Shown here one piece after another: positions 1 to 9,739 of a stretch of 64,000 bases of DNA. The stretch covers positions 64,001 to 128,000 of the forward strand of contig JALGVJ010000003.1 in NCBI GenBank assembly GCA_029838195.1. Reading direction: 5' to 3'. Numbering within the stretch: the first letter of the stretch is position 1; each line of letters begins with the position of its first letter. The notes below the pieces were generated by a model. That model saw nothing but the letters and a program-made list of their open reading frames with translations, made no database searches and was not told the DNA's origin. The stretch comes from Promethearchaeota archaeon. Lineage in GTDB: Archaea; Asgardarchaeota; Lokiarchaeia; Sigyniarchaeales; SOKP01. The position numbers and the translations under genes are program-made.

Positions 1-361
1 CTATTTCTAGAATAGTTCCCGCCCACTGATTACTTTTTGGATGAGTGGCTTTCTTAATGGTGTATGATGGAACTAAGGTAATATTTATACCTTTGATTTC
101 CTTTTTTTCTCCAAGTTTTAATCCCATGCCGTTAAATTTTTTTAAATCTCTCGAAATGCTTTCAGGCCCTATAACAACCGTGTCATCCTTCATTAATTTC
201 TTAATATCGTTTTTAGAAAAGTGGTCAAAATGATTATGAGAGGTAATGATGATGTCTGCTTTTTCTTCTCCATCTTTAATTTGATAGGGATCTAAATATA
301 GAAGGAGACCTGAATTAGTAACGATTTTAAAAGCAGCATGTCCCAACCAACTAATTTCCAC
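1..361 (-). CDS. MBL-fold metallo-hydrolase (5' part; runs off the window start)
   Basis: Not in the ORF track; manual translation gives VEISWLGHAAFKIVTNSGLLLYLDPY...ADIIITSHNHFDHF, with the HxHxDH motif. GTG start at 361 with a GGTGA SD-like site upstream. Confidence 0.85.
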   Translation of the reverse strand, partial: MEISWLGHAAFKIVTNSGLLLYLDPYQIKDGEEKADIIITSHNHFDHFSKNDIKKLMKDDTVVIGPESISRDLKKFNGMGLKLGEKKEIKGINITLVPSYTIKKATHPKSNQWAGTILEI

Positions 362-465
362 TATTTTTTCACCTTTTTTTATTATTTTAAAGGAATTTTC
401 ATGAGAATTAAATCAAGAACTAATTAATACATTTTCTTATAAATAAATTTTGATACATTTCCGAA

Positions 466-2241
466 TCATTCTGATTGCTTATCTATCAGTTTTCGTCGCA
501 AATTAATAGCTTCATCATATTCCGGATCCAATTCTAAAGCTCGATTGATGATTTCCAACGCATTAGATAAGCGCCCCATATCAAAAAACAACAATGAGAG
601 GTCATGCCACGTTCGGGGATTTTTAGGGTTAAACTCTATAGATTTTTTCAAGTATTCTTTTGCTTTTTCAAGTTCTCCTTTCCCGTGATGCGCGCGTCCA
701 AAAATATTCCACGTTTCATCATCTTTTGGATTAAGTTTAAGTGAATTTTTACAAGCCTCAATTGCTTTATCAAATAATTTTTTATCGATATAGAGATTGC
801 TAAGGGATTTCCAAGCTTCCAATAATGTGTCATCTAGTTCTAAAGCCTTTTGGAAAGAGGCAAGTGCCTCATCAAGATGCCCCAATTTTTTACTTGCTTT
901 TCCTAAATACATCCAGGCTTCCACGTTCTCGGGCATTAGTTTAACGGCTTCTCGAAAAGCCTTCAATGCATCCTCGATCTTACCTTGCTTAAAGCATAAC
1001 ATTCCTAATTTATGCCACGCTGGAGCTGCATCCGGATTCAAGACTAAAAATTTGTTATAAATTTCTATTGCCTGATCAACTTCATTTAATTCCTCATGAA
1101 TCGATGCAATCGCCTCCAAACCTTCTAAAAATTCCGGATTGATTTCTAAAGCTCTTTGATAAGCGTTTAATGCTTGTTCCAATTCTTGTTTTTCCCGATA
1201 TATCCTAGCTATATTGGTCCATCCTTCAAAATATTCCGGATCCAATTTAACCGCAATCATGCTTGCCTCAAGTGCTTTTTCGAATTGATTTATTTTTATA
1301 TATAATTTTGCTAAATGTTTCCATGACTCAACCAAGGTTTTCTCTATTTTCGTTGCTTCAAGAAATGCTTTAATCGCTTTATCTACATCTCCTAACTTTT
1401 CTTGTAGCCTGCCTATTCGCACCCACCCTTCAGTAAAATAAGGGTTAAGTTGTACGGTTTTTTCATATATTTCTAAAGCTTTCTTGAGGTCGCCGCCCTT
1501 TTCATATAATTTTGCAAGCTCTTCAAGTGCTTTCACGTGCCCCTCGTCTATTTCCAAAATTTGATGAAATACCTTGATCGCTTTTTCTTGCTCGTTTAGT
1601 TCTTCGCAAACTAGGCCTAAATTAAACCAAGCATCTAAATAATAATGGTCAATTTTAATTGCTTTTTTTAGAGCCACTTTTGCTTGTTCATGATTGTTCA
1701 TGCTCCGGTAAGCTAAACCAAGATTATACCACGCATCCACTGAGTTTTCATTGGTGCTCACGGCTTCTTTAAAAGCTTCAATTGCTTTAGAAAAATCTTC
1801 CATTTTTTGATAGGTCTGACCAATTTTAATCCAAATCCACGTGGAGGAAGGTTCTAATTCAAGGATTTTAAGATAAGTATCTAATGCGTCCTTGAAGCGA
1901 GATGTTTTTAAAAACGCATCTCCCATCTTTTCTAAAGCTTCCATGGAATTGGGTTTTATTTTTAAAGCTTCCTTATAACTCTCAATTGCGTGTTCATAAT
2001 CTTCTTTATTAAATAAATAATTAGCTTTATCATAAATCAATTTGAAGCGGAGATAATTCGCCCGATTTCGGTATTCTTTCACTTTTTCTTTCGCTTTTTC
2101 AAGCAAAGAAGGATCTTGAGAATTATTAATCACTTTTAAAATTTTATCAACCGCACTCATGTATTTTGCAATAGCGAGTTTATATTCTCCCTTGGTATCA
2201 TGGGAGAGGGCTTGTTTAGCCTCTTCTAAAGCAATTTTCAT
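466..2241 (-). CDS. N-terminal MIT domain fused to about 15 TPR repeats
   Basis: aa1-68 (AKQALSHDTKGEYKLAIAKYMSAV...VKEYRNRANYLR) align by eye to the Vps4 MIT domain in this window. The rest is 34-aa TPR repeats (AWYNLG...A...ALELDP). Confidence 0.85.
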   Translation of the reverse strand: MKIALEEAKQALSHDTKGEYKLAIAKYMSAVDKILKVINNSQDPSLLEKAKEKVKEYRNRANYLRFKLIYDKANYLFNKEDYEHAIESYKEALKIKPNSMEALEKMGDAFLKTSRFKDALDTYLKILELEPSSTWIWIKIGQTYQKMEDFSKAIEAFKEAVSTNENSVDAWYNLGLAYRSMNNHEQAKVALKKAIKIDHYYLDAWFNLGLVCEELNEQEKAIKVFHQILEIDEGHVKALEELAKLYEKGGDLKKALEIYEKTVQLNPYFTEGWVRIGRLQEKLGDVDKAIKAFLEATKIEKTLVESWKHLAKLYIKINQFEKALEASMIAVKLDPEYFEGWTNIARIYREKQELEQALNAYQRALEINPEFLEGLEAIASIHEELNEVDQAIEIYNKFLVLNPDAAPAWHKLGMLCFKQGKIEDALKAFREAVKLMPENVEAWMYLGKASKKLGHLDEALASFQKALELDDTLLEAWKSLSNLYIDKKLFDKAIEACKNSLKLNPKDDETWNIFGRAHHGKGELEKAKEYLKKSIEFNPKNPRTWHDLSLLFFDMGRLSNALEIINRALELDPEYDEAINLRRKLIDKQSE

Positions 2242-2496
2242 GAGATTTAAGAGACCACTCGTGATATCTTCCCCTTTATGATTTTTAACTATTTTCTTTA
2301 TACTCTATTAATTTACCCAAAACCAATTAAAGATATAAATGCATTTAATTCTTTCACGCTTTTATAAAAAACATGAAAAATGGTATTTAACTTTAAATTA
2401 GTCCAATTTTTTCAAAAATCGTTATTTCTTGGCATTCTACTACAAGTTTTAAGATAAAAGAAAATAATAAAATACAAAAGTTTTGTAAATAAAACT

Positions 2497-3831
2497 TCAT
2501 ATTTTATATTGATCTTTAAGGAAATTGAGAATGTATTTTTTTACTTTTTGTCGATTTGGCAAGCTGGCAATCATGCCATACATGGCAGCTTCACCTTTAT
2601 CAACCTTCTCGGGATTCTCTTTCACCTCTCTGACAGCATCTTTTAAATCTTTCAGAAATTTGTCAGCAATTTTAGAATGATGCGGATTCACGATCATGTG
2701 AAGAGCTGGGGGATATTGCAATCTATCGAGATGCCATCCTTTTGAATCCAAGAAATCGCCTAATTGAAAAATATTAAACTCATCAGAAGTAAACGAAAAA
2801 ACGCTCATTACAGGTTCTCCTAAGATATAGAGAGAATCCATGGCATTAATCTCGTTGATTATTTTTTTTGATGTATTCATGACTTCCTCTGCTAATTTTA
2901 AATATTTCTCTTTTCCAAGAGCTTTAATGCCTGCCCAAGCAGCGGCAATGGGCCCTCCCGCTCTCGTCCCTCGCATGGTTGGAGCAATATACACGCCTCC
3001 AGACCAGTCTGCATACACGTATAATTGGTGTTTCCAAATTTTTTCAGTGCGATAAATGATAGTAGAAGTCCCTTTCGGTCCATAACCATATTTATGAATA
3101 TCAGCAGAAATGGACGTCACGCCTGGTACAGAAAAATCAAACTCGGGAACGGGATATCCTAATTCTTTAACAAAAGGAAGCATGAAGCCTCCAAGACAAG
3201 CATCAACGTGCATGCCAATTCCACGCTCTTGTGCAAGAGCAGCTATTTCTGAAATGGGATCTACGACTCCTCGGGGATAATCGCACGCAGATGCTATCAA
3301 GAGAATCGTATTTTCTGAGATCGCTTTTTTCATGGCTTTTACATCAGCACGATGAGTTTTTTCGTCAACGGGAACTCTTATCGATTTGACTTTGAAATAT
3401 TCTGCACTTTTTTCAAAAGCAGGATGAGCGGAGCTAGGCATTACCATTTCTGGATTCTTAATGTGAGGGAATTTCTTTTCCGCCCATTCACGATATGTTA
3501 AAACTGCCGTCATGATTGATTCAGTCCCGCCAGAAGTCATGCTTCCACAACATTTTTTATCGCCATTAAGAAGATCTGCAACCATGGAAACTACTTCCGT
3601 TTCGAATTTCCTTAAACTCGGAAATGCTAACGGACTAAGTGCATTCTTAGAGAAAAACTTATCATGAGCTTTTTTCAAAAATGTGGCATGCTCCTCCGTA
3701 GCGTGATATACCAAACTCCAGAGTTTGCCTTCTTCCCATTTTACATCTTCACTTGCGATGGAATCCATCTCTTCCAAGATTTTTTCATGAGGAAGCCCTT
3801 TTTCAGGCATTTGAATTGTGGGTCTTACCAT
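2497..3831 (-). CDS. PLP-dependent lyase/decarboxylase, sphingosine-1-phosphate lyase-like
   Basis: Motifs TSGGTES, HVDACLGGF, SISADIHKYG (PLP lysine) and WSGGVYIAPTMRGTRAGG. Confidence 0.85.
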   Translation of the reverse strand: MVRPTIQMPEKGLPHEKILEEMDSIASEDVKWEEGKLWSLVYHATEEHATFLKKAHDKFFSKNALSPLAFPSLRKFETEVVSMVADLLNGDKKCCGSMTSGGTESIMTAVLTYREWAEKKFPHIKNPEMVMPSSAHPAFEKSAEYFKVKSIRVPVDEKTHRADVKAMKKAISENTILLIASACDYPRGVVDPISEIAALAQERGIGMHVDACLGGFMLPFVKELGYPVPEFDFSVPGVTSISADIHKYGYGPKGTSTIIYRTEKIWKHQLYVYADWSGGVYIAPTMRGTRAGGPIAAAWAGIKALGKEKYLKLAEEVMNTSKKIINEINAMDSLYILGEPVMSVFSFTSDEFNIFQLGDFLDSKGWHLDRLQYPPALHMIVNPHHSKIADKFLKDLKDAVREVKENPEKVDKGEAAMYGMIASLPNRQKVKKYILNFLKDQYKI

Positions 3832-4215
3832 TTTTTTTCTATCCCCTTCTAAAAATATTTATCTCATGAACATTCATATTATTAAATGAATAAATGATCG
3901 AGCCCTAGTAATATTTATTGCATGTCCCAGCAATTACTAAGCTTTTAAATCATGAAAATAAAAATTGGGAGAAAATACCCTTCATGTCAATTTGGTTTCG
4001 TTTTTCTTCTTTTCTCTTTTCGAGAATTACTTTATTGGGTTTTACAATTCAAAATATTAGCGTGATCTGACCCATTATAAGAATTAGTTTTTAGAAAAAC
4101 TTTTTCTATTTAGATCAATGTCTATCTAAGTGCGCGCAGATAAGGTTATAAAAGATATTTCAGACTATCCCTATATTAATCTTTATTTCCATCGATTTAA
4201 CAAGAAAAAAAAGCA

Positions 4216-4596
4216 TTAATTCTTTCTTTCTTCCTCCTCATCAAGATGAAGTTCCGGCTTGAGAAGCGTGATCTTATTTAACATGCCGTGGATATCCGAT
4301 TTAGAAATATCAATTTCAGATAACCGTTCTTCAAACATTTTATTTCGATATTGTGGTATCTTTATTAGTAAATTTGGGGTATTTAAAAGATCAAAAGGAA
4401 AAGGGTTTAGATTCTGAACACGTAATGAAATCCCGTTGTTAAACGAGTTTCTTTTTTTAGGGGTTCTTATAATGAGAGGAAGATTTAATTCTAAATCCTT
4501 ATATAATCTTTCCTTCGCCTGTTTTGGAAAAGAATGGGTTAATATTCTGCACGTGGGGCAATCTTCCTCAAATCCATGAATGCACGGCATGAGCAT
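4216..4596 (-). CDS. hypothetical protein with N-terminal CxH-x5-CxxC motif
   Basis: 126-aa ORF in an otherwise AT-rich gap; begins MPCIHGFEEDCPTC. Confidence 0.6.
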   Translation of the reverse strand: MLMPCIHGFEEDCPTCRILTHSFPKQAKERLYKDLELNLPLIIRTPKKRNSFNNGISLRVQNLNPFPFDLLNTPNLLIKIPQYRNKMFEERLSEIDISKSDIHGMLNKITLLKPELHLDEEEERKN

Positions 4597-4885
4597 TAAT
4601 AAATTTTGATATTTATTTGATTATCTTGAATTAATGCTGTTATATATTCTTTTTTATTATCATTCATTAAAGATTCTTGAAAACACATGTCAAACGGCAT
4701 AGTAAAATGATCATTGAATGAGAATCATTTTTTACTAAACTATCATTTAATAAAAGTATTGTGAGGCTTCTCATTTTGCATCCAAGAGTTTCACGAAAAA
4801 TCTTGATGAAATTTGATCTTTTTCTTCATTTATTCTTATTAAAACCAGCAATCATGAATTAAAAAATAAATTATACTCCGATAAA

Positions 4886-6028
4886 ATGACAAGAGCAATC
4901 ATTCTCTCTGGAGGTTGGGGCACGCGATTGCGGCCCTTAACGTGTACGATTCCCAAAACCATGATTCCCGTTGTAAATCGGCCCGTAATAGAACGACAAA
5001 TGTTATTGTTAAAAAAAGCGGGAATTAAGGAGATCGTGCTAGCCGTCAGTGTAATGGCAGATGCCCTAAAACAATACTTTAAAGATGGAGCTTCCTTGGG
5101 ATTAAACATTCTTTATACGGAAGAAACACGACCAATGGGCACGGCGGGCGCCATAAAATTAGCAGAAGAACTGTTAGAAGGAGAAAACTTTTTCATGCTT
5201 AATGGTGATGTCATTCTCAATTTTGATTTTAAAGAAATGCTAAAAAATCACGAAGATCATGGAGGAATCGGAACTATTGCCAGTAAATCAGTAGACGACC
5301 CCTCTAGATATGGAGTTTTAATAATTAATGAACAAACAATGCAGATTGAGAAATTTCTTGAAAAAGATGAGTATTCACCTCCGGAAGGTGAACCTATCCC
5401 CATGCCCATTAACGCCGGCGTATACGTGCTGGAACCAGAAGTATTCAAGTACATTCCGACAAAGAAAAAAGTTTCTATTGAACGAGAAGTATTTCCCATC
5501 TTAGCTGAGGAAAAACGCTTATATCATTATCCCATAACGGGTATCTGGAAAGATATAGGGAAACCTACGGAACTATTAGACGGAAATATCTTATTACTAC
5601 ATGATATATTAAAAAATCATGTTATTAAAAGAGATAATCTCATTGATAATAGTTTAAACGTGGAAGGAAAGGTCATTATTTATCCTCCGTGTGCCATTGG
5701 CGAAAATGTTATAATCCGTAAAAATTGCATTATTGGTCCTAATGTAATTATCGGCGATAATGTGTATATCGATTCAGGAACGGAAATTAAAGATACACTC
5801 ATTTATAATGAAACATTTATCTCAAAAAACGTGAAAATTGAAAGATCCATCATCTCGAATGATTGTCATGTCAAAAATGGCGTCATTTTAAAAGGAAATA
5901 AAAAGGGCTTGGTAATCTTAGCATCTAATGTTGAAATCAAGGAAAACCTTCGCCTTATCAATAAATCACGTGATGACATCACGGTTTGTCATCACGAAGT
6001 AATTAAAGAGAATATTGAATATTATTAA
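4886..6028 (+). CDS. NDP-sugar pyrophosphorylase (mannose-1-phosphate guanylyltransferase-like)
   Basis: GGWGTRLRPLT..PK motif, GTAGA, NGDV, WKDIG, and C-terminal hexapeptide repeats. Confidence 0.92.
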   Translation: MTRAIILSGGWGTRLRPLTCTIPKTMIPVVNRPVIERQMLLLKKAGIKEIVLAVSVMADALKQYFKDGASLGLNILYTEETRPMGTAGAIKLAEELLEGENFFMLNGDVILNFDFKEMLKNHEDHGGIGTIASKSVDDPSRYGVLIINEQTMQIEKFLEKDEYSPPEGEPIPMPINAGVYVLEPEVFKYIPTKKKVSIEREVFPILAEEKRLYHYPITGIWKDIGKPTELLDGNILLLHDILKNHVIKRDNLIDNSLNVEGKVIIYPPCAIGENVIIRKNCIIGPNVIIGDNVYIDSGTEIKDTLIYNETFISKNVKIERSIISNDCHVKNGVILKGNKKGLVILASNVEIKENLRLINKSRDDITVCHHEVIKENIEYY

Positions 6029-6301
6029 CTTAAGTTTTGTAAATTTATAATTTATCATTATTTCCACTTTTTTAGAATATTATCGATTAATGGGCTGTTT
6101 TGGACGCCATTTTGGCAAGTACACGCTTCTGAATACCAAGGGAAAAGAAGTGCGTGCGTACCAGCCTCTCCTGTTTGAACGCTTTACCATCTGGGTCTAC
6201 GAGTAATGTTCAAGAGGGCGGGAAATTCAAGACCTCTCGTGGTAATTCTGTGTAAGAAATTCCTAAAATCATGAGCTCATTCCATTTACGTGTTAGGGCA
6301 C

Positions 6302-6428
6302 GCAATTATTGTTGATGTCCGAATCCGCATGATGTTTAAGGCCCTCTTATTCATGAAATAGAGAAGCATTAAAAGGAGGAAATAGAAGATCCAACAAACA
6401 AGCAATAAAAAAATACAAGACTTAAGTT
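6302..6428. repeat. direct repeat copy 1 (127 bp, about 89% identical to 11404-11530)
   Basis: Ungapped manual alignment at offset 5102, with 14 mismatches counted. Confidence 0.9.
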
Positions 6429-6477
6429 ATTAAATTAATAGTTTGCTTATTTGAATTTGGTAAAATAAGAAATGATG

Positions 6478-8028
6478 TTAATTTTCAAGTAAAGTTGATT
6501 CATCCATGTGCTCCCTTGCAAATCTCAATCTATCCTGAATTATTTCCTTTCTAGTGATAATATCATTACATTTCTGACGCCATTCCACTAAACGACGTTT
6601 TAAATCATTCAATATCATTTCATAATGATTATTTCCAATAAGATTATTCATTTCAAAAGGATCTTCCTTTAAATCATATAACTCGTCCTTGTCCTTATCA
6701 TTAAAAATGTATTTATATCGTTCTGTAACGAGCATCCTCCCAATATTAATCGTAAAATGTCCATTCGATTCACACATTAAATCTTCTCTCCAAGTATTCA
6801 TATCATCAGTGAACATGGATAATAGGCTCTGCCCATGAACATTATGTGGAAATGAAGAACCCGTTGCATCTAAAATAGTTAGAGGAATATCTAAGTTACT
6901 CACGAGAAGATCTGATTTTTTTCCTGCCGGAATGACGCCTGGAAACCGTAATCCCAGTGGAATGCGCACCATCTCCTCGGGCATGTAAGCATCCTTATCA
7001 AAATGACCTCCATGACATCCTACTGCATCTCCATGATCTGCCGCTAAAATAATTAACGTGTTTTTTTCAAAACCCAGCTTATCCAAGGTATCTATTATTA
7101 ATCCCGCTGCTTCATCTATCAATGTTTGTTGGGCATAATTTAATGCTAAAATTTTTTGCCATTCTGACCAAGGTAAAGGATTTGGAAATATTATTTTACC
7201 ATTCTTGTTCAATGGATAATTTCTCTCAAATTTATAAAGTCTAGGTTTATTTTTTAAGTCATCTCTAAAACTTGGATGCTCAGGTATTTTTTCTGGGGGA
7301 TAAAGGTTTAAATATTCCTGGGTTGCATAATAAGGTTGGTGAGGTCCCCAAAAATCTACCCGCAAGTGAAAGGGTTCTTGGTTGCCTCGTTCTGCAATCT
7401 CTATCAATTTCTCACATGCTAAATGTGCTAAAAAAAAGGCTTCATGCGTTTCTTTAGGACTTGTCATTATTCCGATTGTGTCTTCATTACTAGCAGCACG
7501 ATTAAGGAAATGAGGCTCACCCTTTAATATTTTAGCTTGTAATTCTTTTCCTAATTTCGAGGAGGGCGGTACGAAACTTCTCTGAAGTTTCAATTGAAAA
7601 TCGGGCAAATTGTTCTTTTTTAAATAGTCCTTATATTCGGGTTTCGTATATGGATTATTATAATCAGGATAACTAAAGCCTTCACAATGGTGATCGTGAG
7701 CCGTGCCATCGCCCGCATGCCATTTACCATAATAATAATTATGATATCCTTCCTCTGCTAATATATCTAAATACGTCTTAAATTTAAAAGGAACAAAGGA
7801 AAAATTAGAAAGAACACCGTGCGTGTGAGGAAAAACTCCCGTCAACATGGAACGCCGAGCGGGAGCACATAGTGGGCAACAAGTATATGCTCGAAGAAAT
7901 TCAACGCCTTGTGATACCAGTTTTTCGAACGTAGGTCTCTGAATTTTCGGACCACCCACGCTTTCTCCATGACCATAAAATGCTTGATGATCATTTAATA
8001 AAAACACGATATTAGGTTTTTCTGTCAT
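6478..8028 (-). CDS. formylglycine-dependent sulfatase (Cys-type)
   Basis: PNIVFLLNDH, CAPARRSMLTG (CxPxR), GKWH, GPHQPY, ADHGD and ELYDLKEDPFEMNNL. Confidence 0.93.
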   Translation of the reverse strand: MTEKPNIVFLLNDHQAFYGHGESVGGPKIQRPTFEKLVSQGVEFLRAYTCCPLCAPARRSMLTGVFPHTHGVLSNFSFVPFKFKTYLDILAEEGYHNYYYGKWHAGDGTAHDHHCEGFSYPDYNNPYTKPEYKDYLKKNNLPDFQLKLQRSFVPPSSKLGKELQAKILKGEPHFLNRAASNEDTIGIMTSPKETHEAFFLAHLACEKLIEIAERGNQEPFHLRVDFWGPHQPYYATQEYLNLYPPEKIPEHPSFRDDLKNKPRLYKFERNYPLNKNGKIIFPNPLPWSEWQKILALNYAQQTLIDEAAGLIIDTLDKLGFEKNTLIILAADHGDAVGCHGGHFDKDAYMPEEMVRIPLGLRFPGVIPAGKKSDLLVSNLDIPLTILDATGSSFPHNVHGQSLLSMFTDDMNTWREDLMCESNGHFTINIGRMLVTERYKYIFNDKDKDELYDLKEDPFEMNNLIGNNHYEMILNDLKRRLVEWRQKCNDIITRKEIIQDRLRFAREHMDESTLLEN

Positions 8029-8192
8029 AATTTCTTAAACCCATTAAACATAAAATATCTTTTGAAACCGTTAAGGGAAATTAATTTATTTTTATAAGTA
8101 AGGTAAGGTAAAAAAAAAAGTAAAGTAAGAATAATTTAATAGTTTACTTTATTGTTCTCCAAGATTTTCTCTAAAGATAAACATTAACATTT

Positions 8193-9476
8193 CTACTTAG
8201 ATTCAACGGTTTCCTTATACTTGAAATCTTTCGCTATTATAACGGGTATTAAAGCCAATAGAATAAAGATCGCCCCAACAAAATATATTAAGGGAGGTGG
8301 AACAGTTCCCTCTACTCCTTCTATCACGATGGGCTTCCCATATTGCATGGAAATTATTCCTCCTATAAGAGGGCCAAAAATCATTCCAATTAGAACCTCA
8401 AAGATCAAACAATATCCGCTAAATTGACCATACTTTTCGGGAGGATATAAATCCTTGATCCACGTTTGAACGGAAATGCGCCATGAAGTCATGAAAAGTA
8501 CCCATAGAACGCCCGTAATTATCAAGAAAATAAGATCCCTTGCTAAAGCATATAAACATAAGAATATGGCTTGGCAAATAAGAGAAAGAATGGCTATTTT
8601 TTTCCTTCCAAATTTATCGGTTAAGATGCCTATAGGAACACCCAAAATGATTGAAACCAATATGGCAATAGAAACCACTAATGCAGCTATTTCAAGAGGT
8701 AATCCCACGTGATGCTGGAGATAAATCAACACGAAAGGAAAATATACGTTAAAACCCACTGCGAATACTCCCATTCCAATTAGAAGTATGAAATAATTCT
8801 TGTTATTTCTCAGCATCTCTTTATTGAACGAGCTCTTAATATGTTGAAATACGCTAACTTGTAATGGTTTGAGATCTTCAGAATCTGTAGCTAAATAGAC
8901 ACCGGGCAGCCCCAACACTCCCGTGACAATTCCGGCGAGAATGAAAAAGAGGTAATATCCAACAGCTGACACGATAAATCCAGTAATAGCGTAAATAATC
9001 ATAAAAGATATGAGAGTCGTGACTTCCATAATACTTACGGCTTTTCCCCGATTTTCTAACGTGGTAACATCCGTGACGTAAGCAGTAAAGGCAGCATCAT
9101 ATGCAGTTGCCCCAAAATATGTCATGATACAATCAAAAATAATTGCCATGGCCACTGCAAGAATCACAGGTTTAAAAAAAGCAGCAAACGGAAATATGGC
9201 TGTGGTGAAGATCCAACCAATATATCCAAATATCATGAAAGCTCTTCTCTTTCCTCGCACATCGGAGATCGCACCCATTACGATAGCAGTAATCGTGGAC
9301 ATTACGGCTGAAATAGAGACCATTAGTGAAACATAAATGGGCACGGGAGCAATTTCATTATATAAAAAGACATTAAAAAATTGATTTTCTATGGCCCAAG
9401 CGATATTTCCTCCTAATGAAATTAAAAGAATGATGATAGCAGTTCTCTTTTCTAATTTAATTTTATTAGTACTCAT
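8193..9476 (-). CDS. MFS transporter
   Basis: About 12 hydrophobic segments; motif A copies GAISDVRGKRR and GILTDKFGRKK. Confidence 0.9.
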   Translation of the reverse strand: MSTNKIKLEKRTAIIILLISLGGNIAWAIENQFFNVFLYNEIAPVPIYVSLMVSISAVMSTITAIVMGAISDVRGKRRAFMIFGYIGWIFTTAIFPFAAFFKPVILAVAMAIIFDCIMTYFGATAYDAAFTAYVTDVTTLENRGKAVSIMEVTTLISFMIIYAITGFIVSAVGYYLFFILAGIVTGVLGLPGVYLATDSEDLKPLQVSVFQHIKSSFNKEMLRNNKNYFILLIGMGVFAVGFNVYFPFVLIYLQHHVGLPLEIAALVVSIAILVSIILGVPIGILTDKFGRKKIAILSLICQAIFLCLYALARDLIFLIITGVLWVLFMTSWRISVQTWIKDLYPPEKYGQFSGYCLIFEVLIGMIFGPLIGGIISMQYGKPIVIEGVEGTVPPPLIYFVGAIFILLALIPVIIAKDFKYKETVESK

Positions 9477-9739
9477 GCTATATCCACCTTATTGTTAAAG
9501 TTAAATTTCTAAATCTTTAATTTAATTAATAGTTGCATTTTTAAATTATTAAAAAGACTTGAATCAAAGACTATTTGTTTATCTTTCCCATGAACATTTT
9601 TTTTAAAATGTTTAAAATATATAATTAATTACACAATATACATTTTTTAATTGGAAGATTTTTCTCATGGCTCATTTTTGAATGGAATCAAGTAGAAATG
9701 AGTCAATATTTACAATTAACATCATAAAGGGGAAAAAGA

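Noticed and set aside
6090-6300. Selenoprotein read-through at the in-frame TGA
   Set aside because: There is no redox-motif context, no convincing start, and no SECIS I can identify; a decayed fragment is the simpler explanation.
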